Shown piece after piece: positions 37,966 to 50,158 of a stretch of DNA of 64,000 bases. Where the stretch lies: positions 189,658,001 to 189,722,000 of the forward strand of contig OZ024743.1 of assembly GCA_964016885.1 (NCBI GenBank), given 5' to 3'. Each line of letters opens with the position of its first letter. The stretch's first letter is position 1. The notes beneath the pieces were generated by a model. The model did not search any database, was not told the DNA's origin, and saw only the letters and a program-made list of their open reading frames with translations. Made by a program: the position numbers and the translations under genes. Origin of the DNA: Eledone cirrhosa (lineage: Eukaryota).

Positions 37966-40900
37966 ATCATCATCATCGTTTAACATCCATCTTCCACGCT
38001 TGCATGGGTTTGGACGGGAATTTTCCCACTTGAGGCAAGATTGGTTGTTTTGCTTGTATAGGACTGTCTGGCGGGTTTTCTACGGCTGGATGCCCTTCCT
38101 AACACCAACCACGTTTACAGTGTGGACTGGGACGTTTTTACCGTGTTACCTACACGGCCACATTACAGCGTGGACTGTGTGTTTTTTTTTTTGTCGTGAC
38201 ACCTACACGACCTCATTTATTTCAGACTGAATGTTGTGGTACCAACATAACTTTACATCGAAAGGGATGGGGTGGGAGTAGTGGGACGGGGGTGTATTTT
38301 GTTAGAGGTGCCTACTGACTGTAGGTTTCGCTTTGTACTTAGGCAAGGCGGGTCTTCTGTATTACTGTGTAGCGCCAAAGATCTCGGTCCAGTAACAATG
38401 TCTTGGAGGGGTGTAAGTGTGTGAGTTCGGAATTTATCAAGTCGTCCCAGGTTTTTCTGGGTCTGCCTACTCTGTGGCTACCGTCTATTTTTATCGCCCT
38501 GCACTTTTTTATACAGCTGTCGTCTTTCATGCGCATCACGTGACCATACCAACGTAGTCTTCTCTCGAGTAAACAACATCTGATCCCTCTTATTCCTAAT
38601 TTCTCCTTTAGTTCATTTATGCTTTTCCGTTCACGTATTACTATTACACATCCAGCGGAGCATGCAAGCTTCGTTCCTCTCCAGTCTGCATATATCCTCT
38701 GCACACAATTCCCAAGTCTCACTGCCATGTAACATTGCTGTTCGTATGCAGGCATCATACAGCCTGCCGTTCATTTTTAGAGAGAACCCTTTAGCAGCCA
38801 ATAGTGGTATAAGCTCTCTGAACTTTTTCCATCCCGTTCTGACTCTAGCTACTGTACTTTCAGAGCACCCTCCACCACTGCTGATTTTGTCACTCAGGTA
38901 ACGGAAGGTGTCCACTATTTCTATAAAACCATCTGTGCAATGGAATGAGCTAGTATTCTCTGGGCACTTGCTGCTACTTATTGCACCAGCGCACCGGCCA
39001 CATATAAAATCTATATTCTTAGTTATTTAACCTGTGATCCCACTACATCTTTTATGCACCCATACTTTGCATTTGGGACATAAAATGGAGATTCTGCCTA
39101 CTCCTTTCCTACACACTGAGCATATCCATTTCCCAGATGGGACCGGTGCCCTATTTTCCTTCCTACAAACTAGAACTTTAGTCTTAGACAATTTAACTTT
39201 AAGGCCTTTTGATTCTAGGCCATGCTTCCATGTTTGGAATTTCTTCTCTAGTTCAGCCATTGATTCATCTATGAGTGTTAGATCATCTGCATATGGGAGT
39301 TCCCATGGGCAGCCGGTCTTGAACTCCTCTGTTATAGCCTGAAGGGCTAAATAGTAGGGGGCTAAGGACGGAGCCCTGATGAACACCAACCTTTACGCTA
39401 AACTCTTCACTATATTCGTTATTAATTCTAACCTTGCTGACTGTTTCTTTATACATGGCTTGTATAGCTCTCACAAGCCATTCATCAACACCTAGTTTTC
39501 TAAGAGCCCACCAGATAATGGAGCGGGGGTGTCTTTCAAAGGCTTTCTCCAAGTCAACGAAAGCTAAGTATAGGAGTTTACTTTTAGCTAGGTAGTATAG
39601 GAGTTTACTTTTAGCTAGGTACTTCTCCTGTAGTTGTTGTACAATGAAAAGAGCATCTGTGGTACTTTTACCTGACACAAACCCGAACTGCATTTCATCT
39701 AGATCAATTCGTTCTCTGATTAGTTGCGCTATTACTTTTTCTGTGACCTTCATGACCTGGTCGATTAATTTAATGACTCTATAGTTACCCCTTTCTAGGG
39801 CATCTCCTTTACCCTTGTAGCAGTTAATGATGATGCTGCTACGCCAGTCCTTCGGAACGGCCCCATCCTGTATGACTTGGTTAACTATGCGGGTGACCAT
39901 GGTGTGTCCCACCGTTCCAGATTCTTTCAGCATTTCAGCAACTATTTCCGAAGGCCCAGCCACCTTACCCGTCTTCATATCTTTGATTGCCTTACTTATT
40001 ATACTACCTTCAACTAGCACTGCTGGTCCCTCTATTGGATCGATGTAGGGGAGACTGTCTTTCTCCCATTTATTCTATTCATTTCGTAGTTACACTTCCA
40101 AGCTACCTTCTTATCAGCGTCAGTGATGGCAAGTACACCATCATTATTAAGGACACACTTCTCCCCGACAATATCACGGTTTTCCTCGACACATTGCCTA
40201 GCAATCCTGAACACCTCACGTTTTTGGTCCTCGCGTTGTAGAACATGCTTGAACTTTCTTTCCTCTGCTTCCCTTCTTGCGAAGTACACTTGTCTCCTAG
40301 CTTCCCTCCTGGCCACTTGATAGTCTTCTCTACTTCCCCCATCCCACCATGCTTTCCAAGTCTACTTTTTGGCCTTGATTGACTCCTCCACCTTACTGTT
40401 CCACCAAGTTACTCTCCTCCTGCCTATAGCCTGCTCCAGCCACAGGTTTCATCTGTCGCCTTCAGCAGGTTAGCTTTCAGGAATTTCCACTGTTCCTCTA
40501 TATTGTACGAATCTAATTGCTCTTCCTTACTATCAAAAGCATCAAGTAATATGCTTTTAAATTTATTACTGGCTGTGGGGTCCTTTAGATTCCATATTTG
40601 TCTCCGGAGGATAGTCCTTCTCTGTTGTCGAGTACTTCTCGTGCCGACTATGAGGTCGCTAATTATGAGTCTATGTTGAGAGGTGCATTCTTCATGGGGG
40701 AGGGATTTAGTGTTTACAACAGACACTCTGTCACATCTTCTGGTAAGGATATAATCTATCTGGCTGGTGTGTTCCCCTGATCTATAGGTGATCAAGTGAT
40801 CGTCTTGTATTTTGAAGTTAGTGTTACAGATAGTTAGGTTATTTGCGTCACAGAATTCCAGGATTCTGGAGCCTTCCTTATTTCTAGTACCAAACCCATA

Positions 40901-41190
40901 GCCTCCATGGATTCCATCATAGCCGTCACAATGTTGTCCAACGTGGCCATTTCGGTCGCCAGCAATAATTATGTAGTCACTGTCGGTTATTTGGGAGGTA
41001 GTGAGCATTAACGACTCATAGAATCTGTCTTTTATAACACCATGCAGTCCAGATTGGGGTGCATATGCAGATATGCACCCCAATCCGGGAGATGGGGTTA
41101 TGTTAGCCATCCGCGGCCGAAATAAAGAGGAGGAGTCCTTGCATTCTCATCCGGCAGCATGAGGTGAATTTGTCTTTATCTTTGGCATTG
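37966..41190 (-). mobile_element. Near full-length RTE-clade LINE (APE endonuclease, RT, PHD-like finger), inactivated
   Basis: APE motifs ISAYAPQ, IIAGDRNGHVG, SQIDYIL and SQHRL. RT motifs QFGF..GKSTTDA, FVDLEKAF, GVHQGSVLSPLLF and YADD. C-terminal RLRWYGHVMR and (GAT)n tail. Several frameshifts. Confidence 0.96.
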
Positions 41191-42009
41191 TCACTGAGTG
41201 TCCAGATTTTTTTTTTCTTTTCAAACTCTCCAGAATTCCGTAGTCCATCCATCATATCGAAAGGCAACCAGGTCTAAACTTAAGAAGTAATAGCATAGGC
41301 TGCTGACTTATGATTGTCCACGTAATAATGGTGGTGAGTGGGGGCAGGTGGGAGGGATATGGGGTAGTTAGCGAGAAAGTTCAAATAAAATCCTCGAATT
41401 TTGGACATAATTGAACAAGCATATATCACATTAATAAGAGAAGAATTATGGGAATTTAAAAATACAAGATGATTGTTTTGAACAATCAGACAGAATTATC
41501 GAATAGCATTGAAAAAGCAAAGATTGGATTCTGGATGAAATGATACAGATAGATTTTATAATCGGGCCAAGAATTATATGTATGCATACACATACACATG
41601 GGCATGATAATGTCTACTTACAAGCATGTACATACAACATATTGGTGTCATTGCAAAAACCTGGGAGAGCGTGTGTGTGTGTGTATATATATTTATATAT
41701 ATATGGTTTTAGTCCAGAATTAGCCGTCGAAACGGCTTGAGCTCAGCCGTCGGGGTCCTACTCGTTCCTATATATATATACATATAGATCTCTAAGATTT
41801 TCCACTGGAACACCCTCCTGGTTTTTTTAGGTCTCTCTCCATACCCCTACCCCTTTGTCTTTTCGTCTTGACTACTGTTGCCCTCGGATCTAGTGTAGGT
41901 GAGATATAGGTGCTTACTTCCCCTTGATTCTAGTTTCTCCTAAACACCCACCGTTGAGCCAAGCACACTAGCCAGAGACAACCAGCTACACACCCATGTT
42001 GCCGCATAG

Positions 42010-42970
42010 TGCTCCAGTCCCTAGGCGACACCTGCAGCACATGCACCCCACCTGATCCTCACCTGCTGTATGTGGAATCAGACACAGACATCATGTCTGG
42101 CATTCAGTTCTTCCCTGCCAGCAACAGCAGAGGTACTGATGGCCCCCGATCTAACCACCTCAAAGTGTTGCTTATACACCCTATCAGCTAAAGCCAGACA
42201 CCATCTTCTGAGTGCAGTTATGGCATTCATCAGCAGGTTCATCCATGGCACCCTGGATTCACTGCCCGAGGCCTTTTCTTTTCGGCCAGCCTGATTGCTC
42301 TCAGGAAGAAAGAGAGTAGCATACAACCATTGCTGTGGGCGTCTTCTGAAGGCTGGCAGCCAAGGTGGTCTGCAGGACTATCACATCTGAACTGGACGAT
42401 GGGCTCAGCCGGGTTCAACTAGGGCTTGGCGAGTCCGGTGGGTGTGTGGAGGCCACACATGCAGTTAGGCAGTTCTTCAACAACTACCCACCAGAACCGG
42501 CATCGAGGGATGCCAGGCACTTCATTTTTCAGCTTGACATGAGGAATGCCTTTATCTGCCTATACTTTGAACATATGCTCGAGGCCTGCCTCAGTCAAGC
42601 CCCCTCTGCCTACCTGCTGGCCTACCTGTTGCATGGATCCTCCAGCATGCTCCTTGCTGCTGACAGTCATACCTTCATCTACTGGGGTCCAACAGGGTGA
42701 ACCATTGGGCCCCCTCCTCTTTCCTCCATCCCCTTTCAACGTTTGGTACTTGGATGATGCCACATTGGGCAGGCCTATAGAGACCGTCTGCCACAACCTG
42801 TGATCAGTGGTTCCTGCTCTGGTAAAATTGGCCTCGAGGTAGTCCAAGTCGAGATGGTGAATGTCAATCACAATACTGAAAGCTTTGCAGCCTTCAGCAC
42901 AGACATGCAATCCATTATCCACCAGGTGCAGGTGACCCCAAAAGAGGATGTCCTCATCCTCAGATCACCG
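42010..42970 (+). mobile_element. CRE-clade (RLE-type) non-LTR retrotransposon RT fragment
   Basis: GC-rich block with GTDGPRSNHLK, QLGLGESGGCVEATHAVR, QLDMRNAF, GVQQGEPLGPLLF and WYLDD, typical of CRE/Cnl1-like RT. Frameshifted. Confidence 0.8.
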
Positions 42971-42974
42971 ATCT

Positions 42975-43610
42975 TGGGGTCGATTTTATCAACTTTCCCC
43001 TACCCCCAAAATGTTTGATCTTGTGCCTAATTCAGAAACCATTATCATTTGAGAGCAATGGATTAGCAGAATCAGTAGTGTGTTGGAAAAAATTATTAGT
43101 GGCATAGAGTTATGGCCCTTTACGTTTAAGTTCAAATCCAGCCGAGGTTAGCTTTGCCTTTCATCCTTATTAGATTCATAAAATAATATACCAGTAATGC
43201 ACTGGGGTCGATTTAATCAACATTCTTTCCCAAAAGATTGTTGGTCTTGTGCCTATAGTAGAAAACATTGTGGATTGGCAGTATCGGTAGAGGGTCGGAC
43301 GCCATGCTTTCCAGCATAGTTATGTCCCTTTACGATCTGAGTTCAAATCCCGCCGAAGTTGACTTTGCCTTTCATCCTTACGGAGTCGATAAAATAAAGT
43401 ACCAGTAATGCACTGGGTAATTGCTGGCCTTGTGCCTAAAGTAGAAACAATTATTATTATTATCCTTTGATTTTGCATTATATGCAATGACTATTCTTTC
43501 CAGCTCTCTGCTTTCAGAGTTCAAATCATGCTGAGGTGAACTTTGCTTTTCATCCTTTCAAGGTTGATAAAACCAATACCTCTCTAGTACTGGGATTGAT
43601 TCTTCCTCTA
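42975..43610 (+). mobile_element. Head-to-tail cluster of family A SINEs (3' remnant plus about three copies)
   Basis: Repeated A-box (TGGCAG.ATCGGTAG), B-box (GAGTTCAAATC) and central core; copies start at about 43055, 43270 and 43475. Confidence 0.88.
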
Positions 43611-44029
43611 GGTCTCTTTCTCGTTTCTTCTCTCTCATTTTCTATCTTTCTTTGGAAAAAATCTGCTGTGCTCAATCCTGGAGAGGGATGGGCTTCATCT
43701 TAAAATGCCCAAGAAACTCTGTGTCAATACGGTGCCCTACAATTCTACCGAGAGTTACAGGACCATACCAGACATGGTATCAACTAGATATTTAGTGCAG
43801 ATTTTGACAGTTTTCAGTAGTTTTATTTTTTCTTATATTTGTCTATCCTCACATTCACTTAACAAGCCATATCACAAAGTTAATAGATAAATAATTTTTT
43901 TTTTAAATTAAGAAAGTAAATATAAAATGGTTGGAGTAGAAGATAAAAAGAAGTATTACAGAGTATAAAATATAAGAATTAATTTTGCATTTATTATATT
44001 TGAATGGTATATTACAAATACAAAAATTT

Positions 44030-44320
44030 ACAATGTATAAGGGTGGTACTTGTTAGAACTATCTTTTGGATTTCATAGATGCTAGGTTTATCAGACATAT
44101 TTCTAGAAACTTTTGAATACCTTTCTTTATAACACCGGGTGCTTCTATCACTACCAAAATAGTTTGGATTTTAATCATTTTTTATTAATTGCTGCTCCTT
44201 AAATGTTGATATGAGAAACGTTTTTAAATTGACTGCTATTTCTAGTAAAAATGTTTATCCTCATCACCTAGTCCGTAGTGTTCAAATCTTTACCTTGTCA
44301 ATAATTTTGCACATGTGTAC
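44030..44320 (-). mobile_element. Very degenerate R4/Dong-like LINE C-terminal fragment
   Basis: Minus-strand pieces ILVVIEAPGVIKKG and KPSIYEIQKIVLTST resemble the RLE C-terminus (PIVIGALG..QKIVL). Confidence 0.4.
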
Positions 44321-44675
44321 ATTATTGTACACCATGCTGGTTTTATTCTGGTTTTATTCTGGTTTTATTCTGGTTTTATTCTGGGCTCCTACAACGAGTA
44401 AATATATCTTATCTCTTACTATGAAAAAGAAATCCTTTCTGATGATCAAGCAGGTTCTGGCAGAGATAACTATCTGAATTGATAGAGATAAAAAATTATG
44501 TTACTTTAGCTTATGAAACTGCAGTAAGAGAAAAACTTTTTTAAGCCCACTATATTCATGTCACTTGACAAGTTTCCCCCGGGGATGAAATGCTTATAAG
44601 GTTTCTTTATTTTAAAGTTCTTTATTGCAATCTTCCCTTTGGTCAATACTGAGCCTTATTTGAGATAGTTCTATA

Positions 44676-44725
<50 letters not shown>

Positions 44726-44771
44726 AATGAAAAGTATAGAAATTGTTGTAGCGAGAAGCTAATATATGATG

Positions 44772-44809
<38 letters not shown>

Positions 44810-44864
44810 CATCATCATATATGATGATTATATATATATATAATCATCATCAGCAGCAGCATCT

Positions 44865-45690
44865 TGGATTGGCAGAATCTGTAGAATGTGACCATGCTTT
44901 GTTGCTCATAGTTATGGTCCTTTAGTCTTTAACTTCAAATCCTGCCAAGGTTAGCTTTACCTTTCATGCTTACGGGATCAATAAAATAAAGTACCAGTAA
45001 TGCACTGGGATTGATTTAATCGAATTTCCCCTCCCAAAATTGTTGGCCTTGTATCTAAATAAAAAACCATAAAGAAACCATAGGGTCGGATTTGCAGTAT
45101 TGGTAGAGAGTCGGACGCCATGCTTTGCAGCATAGTTACAGCCCTTTACCATCTGAGTTCAAATCTCGCCGAGGTTAACTTTACCTTTCATCCTTACGGG
45201 GTCGATAAAATAAAGTACCAGTAATGCACTGGGATAATTGCTTGTCTTGTGCCAAAAGTAGAAACAATTATTATATGGATTGGCTGTATTGGTATAGCAT
45301 CGGACACCATACTTTGCAGCATAGTTATGTCCCTTTACGATCTGAGTTCAAATCCTACTGAAGTTAGCTTTGCCTTTCATCCTTACGGGGTTAAGGTAAA
45401 GCACCAGTAATACACTGGGCTAATTGATGGCTTTGTGCCTAAAATAGAAACAATTATTATTTAAGGGCTGTGGATTGGCAGAGTTGTTAGAGCGTAGAAC
45501 AATTTCTCTGCAGTATTTGTTCCAGTTCTTTCCTTTGTGGGTTCAAATCCTGCTCCAATCAAATGTGACTTTCTTCCTTCAGAAGTTGATTAAAGAAAGA
45601 TCCATTCTGCTACTGGGGTTGATATAATCAATTTTTCTCATGCCCCAAATGCCTGGCCTTGTGTCAAAATTAGAAACCGTTATTTTTATG
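44865..45690 (+). mobile_element. Head-to-tail array of four family A SINEs
   Basis: Copies start at about 44865, 45085, 45276 and 45469. Each has A/B boxes, the central core and a TTGTG(C/T)C..AAA.TAGAAAC-like tail. Confidence 0.92.
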
Positions 45691-46274
45691 ATTTAATTTT
45701 TTTCCCATTATTCCATTCTCTTCTTTCTCTGTAACACCTTGTATAACTCTTCAATCAACAATACTTGAAAGGCTAAATTGTTCAATCTTAAAATGTAATC
45801 AGCTTAATGGAGATAATTATGAAAATTATAAAGAAGATTATTTCTGGAATTCTAGGCTTACTGATCCTTTTGATAAAGTAGCTACTGAAAATCTGTACAG
45901 ATTATCAAAATAAGCGCTTTACAGTTTCATAAATCTTTAATGAATGCTACCATTAATTAGTAATTAATGAATATTATGAGCCCTAAGCTTTTATGAAACT
46001 TAAATCTATTCTCAGAGTTTTGAACATTTCTTAGATTGAAATTAATAAATAATATACTGTTTTTCAAAGAGACGGTATGAAAGCATCAACATGATATTTC
46101 CATCACTTCATTGCTATTTTTATTATTACATTTTTGTTTTGATTCATGCATCAGCATACTTGCTAAAATGATGGGTTATGGAGTTTTGTAGATTGGCAGA
46201 TTCTCCATCTTATTTGTTGTTGTTCCTAATCCTCAACCACTTTATGTGTGTGTGTGTGTAGACACAATATATAA

Positions 46275-46550
46275 AGATGCATGGTTTTGTGTTTAGGCTA
46301 ATGATCATAAGGTCACTTCCTGGTACTACGTCATATCCTTGAGCAAGGCACTTTATTTTATGTTGCTCCAGAGCACTCAACTGAAAAAAATGTTGAATCT
46401 GTAATTTGAATGGGAAGCCTTGTCACATTACCTAAGAACAACATAAAACATGCATGTTTGTGGAATGCTCAGCCACTTGCATGTTAATTTCATGAGCAGG
46501 CTGTTCCATTGATCATAACAACTGAAATATCATAACCAATGGAGTGCCAT
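46275..46550 (+). mobile_element. Degenerate SINE (family B head with a different body)
   Basis: CCTTGAGCAAGGCACTTTATTT motif. The body (CTCAGCCACTTGCATGTTAATTTCA) is shared with 13400-13500 and 33780-34030 on the minus strand. Confidence 0.6.
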
Positions 46551-46569
46551 ATATACATACAAACACACA

Positions 46570-46870
46570 CAACTACCCCATCCTTCATGAAGAAGTGGAA
46601 GCAGCTGTGAAATCGCTCAAGAAGGGGAAGTCTGCAGGAGGGGACGACATTCCAGTAGAGCTAGTGCAGGCAGGAGGAGAACCCATGATAAGCACCCTAG
46701 CGACCATCTGCCACAAGATCTGGTAGACAGGGAATGGCCAACAACATGGATTCAGTCACTCATCATCACCCTCCTCAAGAAAGGTAACTTACAGCTATGC
46801 CACAATTATTGTACCACCAGCCTCATTAGACACCCAAGCGAAGTCGTGTTGAAAATCTTACTAAACTGAC
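46570..46870 (+). mobile_element. RTE (BovB-like) RT N-terminal fragment
   Basis: ILHEEVEAAVKSLKKGKSAGGDDIPVEL, WPTTWIQSLIITLLKKGNLQLCHNY. Confidence 0.8.
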
Positions 46871-47079
46871 TTTGGATTTGGGTATTTGTATTTATCATTA
46901 CTATATATATATATATATATATCATCATCATAGTTTTATGTCTGTTTTTTATGCTTGCATAAGTTAGAGAGAATGAGAGAGAAACTGAACACTGTTATTT
47001 CTGACTCAAGCTGGTCACATGACATGCTAGAAATAATAACAAAACCTCCCTCCAGTCATGCTCTACCTGCTTAAATAAT

Positions 47080-47296
47080 AATTTCTGATTTAGGCACAAG
47101 GCCAACAATTTAATGGGAAGGGAAAGTCGATTAAATAGACCTCAGTGCATTACTGATACTTTATTTTATCGACCCCCATAAGGATGCAAGGCAAAGCTTA
47201 CCTTGGCAGGATTTGAACTCAAAGCGTAAATGCCATAACTCTATGCCACAAAGCATAGTGTCTGATGCTCTACTGATACTGCCATTCCACCACCCT
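47080..47296 (-). mobile_element. Full-length family A SINE with 16-bp TSD
   Basis: TACCTGCTTAAATAAT (47064-47079) / TACCAGCTTAAATAAT (47297-47312). Confidence 0.88.
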
Positions 47297-48128
47297 TACC
47301 AGCTTAAATAATGAGAGTATACATTAGATATTACAGTCAGCATGCCTTTAAAATATCATTAGTGTTGTAGCTGAAATGTCTTTGACCACAGATTTGTTAG
47401 ATCAGGGATAACCAACACAACATTCATCTAAAATACATGGTTAAAGTCAGGTGTACTTGTCTGTTGATGTTTAAATGTCATGGTCAGAGAAACAATGCAG
47501 ATACGATGACAGAATATATACTGCAGAGCTTACAGCTAATTATCTAGCATACTATAGAATCAGCAAGCCTTGCACTTTAACTATTGCTACTTTAGCAGAT
47601 GTCAATTAAATTATTTCACACAGAGTAAAGGGAAATGATATGAGTGTGCTTTCAACCATTCTGGCATAATAGGAACTACAGGAATTTGCATAGAGCTATT
47701 TGAAGAATGAATATGAGTGGATAAGGGATAAAGAATAACAAAAGAATACCAAGTGTTCTATAAGAAAAACAGCATGAAAACATTGGTATAATATTAAATG
47801 CTGCCTCACTAATGGAATAACCAGCACTGTTCTAGATTTTTGTCTGTCCAAAAACACTCTCTAGTGCATCAGTACATTTTCTATGGTTCATTTTGCTTAT
47901 GAAAACAATGATTTATTTGGAAAATCTAGATGCGTTTATGGTCACTTAGTTGATATATTTTTCAATCTTAATCATTGAGATTTGTGAATAATAAGTCATT
48001 ACATAAATAGATTTCTGTCAATTGGAAGGAGGTTGAGGCTAAAAAAAATTGATTTATGCAGACATCAATAAATCTATTTTCTTCGTGTTTTTTTAACTGT
48101 TCTTCAATATGTGATTTTTCTTTCTTTC

Positions 48129-48164
<36 letters not shown>

Positions 48165-48166
<2 letters not shown>

Positions 48167-49465
48167 ACATTTATAAGCCATGCATCTAACCTTTTACTGA
48201 CTGCTTCCAGTACACCATCCTCTTTTACATGTATGATTCTCCATAGTTTTCTGATTTCCTTCTTCAGCTCTTGGTATTTCTCAACTTTCTCACTTTCCTT
48301 CTCATTCACCCTGTTGCCCCCATGGTGAAGCAATATCCACAATAATTGCCTGGTTACTCTTCTTTTCTATGACAACAATGACAGGTTTTCTAGCCATGAT
48401 AAGATGGCCTCACTGGATAGTCATGTCCTACAAGTTCTTATACTGTTCATTTTTAGCAACCCTTTATGGTTGGGGCTCCTAGTATTTCTCACTTCTGTTC
48501 ATGCCATACTTATGACAGAGCTTCCAATGAACCAACCTGGCAATGTTGTCATGTCTTCTATTGTACTCTTTCTGTGCAAGCATCTTACATTCACTAATAA
48601 TGTGGTTTATTGTTTCACATTTCTCACCACACAACCTATAATGTAGGGAATTCACTGATTTGTCAATATCGAACTTGATATGGTTCATTCTCAGTGCCTG
48701 TTCCTAGGCTGCAAAAATAAGGGCTTCAGTTTCCCCTTTTAAGTCACTTTTCCTAGTCCATTCCCACTTCCAATCTTTATCAACTGTCTCAAGCATTTTA
48801 AACAAGAATTGACCATAGATTTTTTCTTCCCATCTATTCAATGTGTCATTCTGTCAGTCTTGTTTAAATTCTCCCATTTCCTTTGCTTCATCATTGCTTA
48901 TGACTTTTAACTTTCTTACTCTTGCCATCAATCTCTCCTTGGAATTCGTTACATACCATGCCAGATTATTTTCCTCAGACTTCACACACATTTTATAGGT
49001 AATGAAACCTCTTCCTCCTCTCTGATAGATACACCCTGTCCATGTCACTTTTGGGGTGTAGAGCTCCTTATACTGTCATCATTTTCCTGGCCATTCTATA
49101 TAACGCTTTAAGTCATCACATCGCCACTCTATCCCACCAGTGCTATACCTTAAATCTGCTACAGCCCATGTGTTGATAGCCAGCATTTTATTTATATCAC
49201 TTAACTTTGTCTTTAGCACCAATTTCAGTCTCCATTTAGATTTCTTTGATAATAGTTCTTTCATTTCCTTCTCTGTCATTTGGTATGTTTGCGGGATGGC
49301 TAAGTGCTTATAACCCTTGCTGCCAATTTCCTTCATAACTTATCCATCCAGTCATACAATTCCTTCCATCTTATCAATTCTACTCCAATAGTAGCACCTC
49401 ACATTTTTTAATGCCAAATTCCATTCCTATGTCTGTACTGAATGTATGAACTTTCTGTTGAAGGG
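48165..49465 (-). mobile_element. R4/Dong-like (RLE) non-LTR retrotransposon fragment
   Basis: KMLAINTWAV..LRYS, GGRGF, CCHC knuckle RLCGEKCETINHIISEC..RRHDNIA and restriction-like endonuclease EKVEKYQEL. Confidence 0.88.
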
Positions 49466-49469
49466 AATC

Positions 49470-50158
49470 AATTGGCAGTATCGGTAGAGAGTCAGACACT
49501 ATGCTTAGCAGCAAAGAGTTACGGCTCTTTATGATCTGAGTTCAAATCCCGCCGAGGTTAACTTTGCCTTTCATCCTTACGGGGTCGATAAAATAAAGTA
49601 CCAGTAATGTACTGGGATAATTGCTGGCCTTGTGCCAAAAGTAGAAACAATTATTATTAATATATAGACTTATAGATGGATGGATATACACAATACCAGC
49701 ACAATTGTAACCTTGAAAATGGTACATTAAATAGCTAATGAATGTTTAAATCAAAAAGTACAAAAGCAAATGAGATAACTGTGATTCTTTCTTCAAGCCT
49801 GCTTTTTTAAATAAAACTAAATATATTTTGTATGAACTTTTTATTGTCTCCTGTAAATTTGCATGTTTATATAAAAAAAAAAAAGCATCAGTGCCTCTTC
49901 AACTCCTTACCATTTTCCTTTTTTGATAAACTACTGTGTTTTTATTTGCATTATCTTGGTAGAGCATCAGACAATGTCATGCAGCATAAAGTTACTCCCC
50001 TTTACATTCTGAGTTCAAATCCCACCAATGTTAGCTTTACCTTTCATCCTTACAGGGTTGAAAAGATAAAGTACCAGTCATGCACTTGGGTTGATTTAAT
50101 CAACTTATCTCCTCACCCCAAATTGCTGGCCTTGTGCCTATATCAGAAACCATTATCT
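49470..50158 (+). mobile_element. Two further family A SINE copies (49470-49658 and ~49955-50158)
   Basis: Same A/B boxes and core as 45085-45273. Confidence 0.85.

Noticed and set aside
44337-44383. 11-bp repeat CTGGTTTTATT x4
   Set aside because: Simple local slippage with no further structure.
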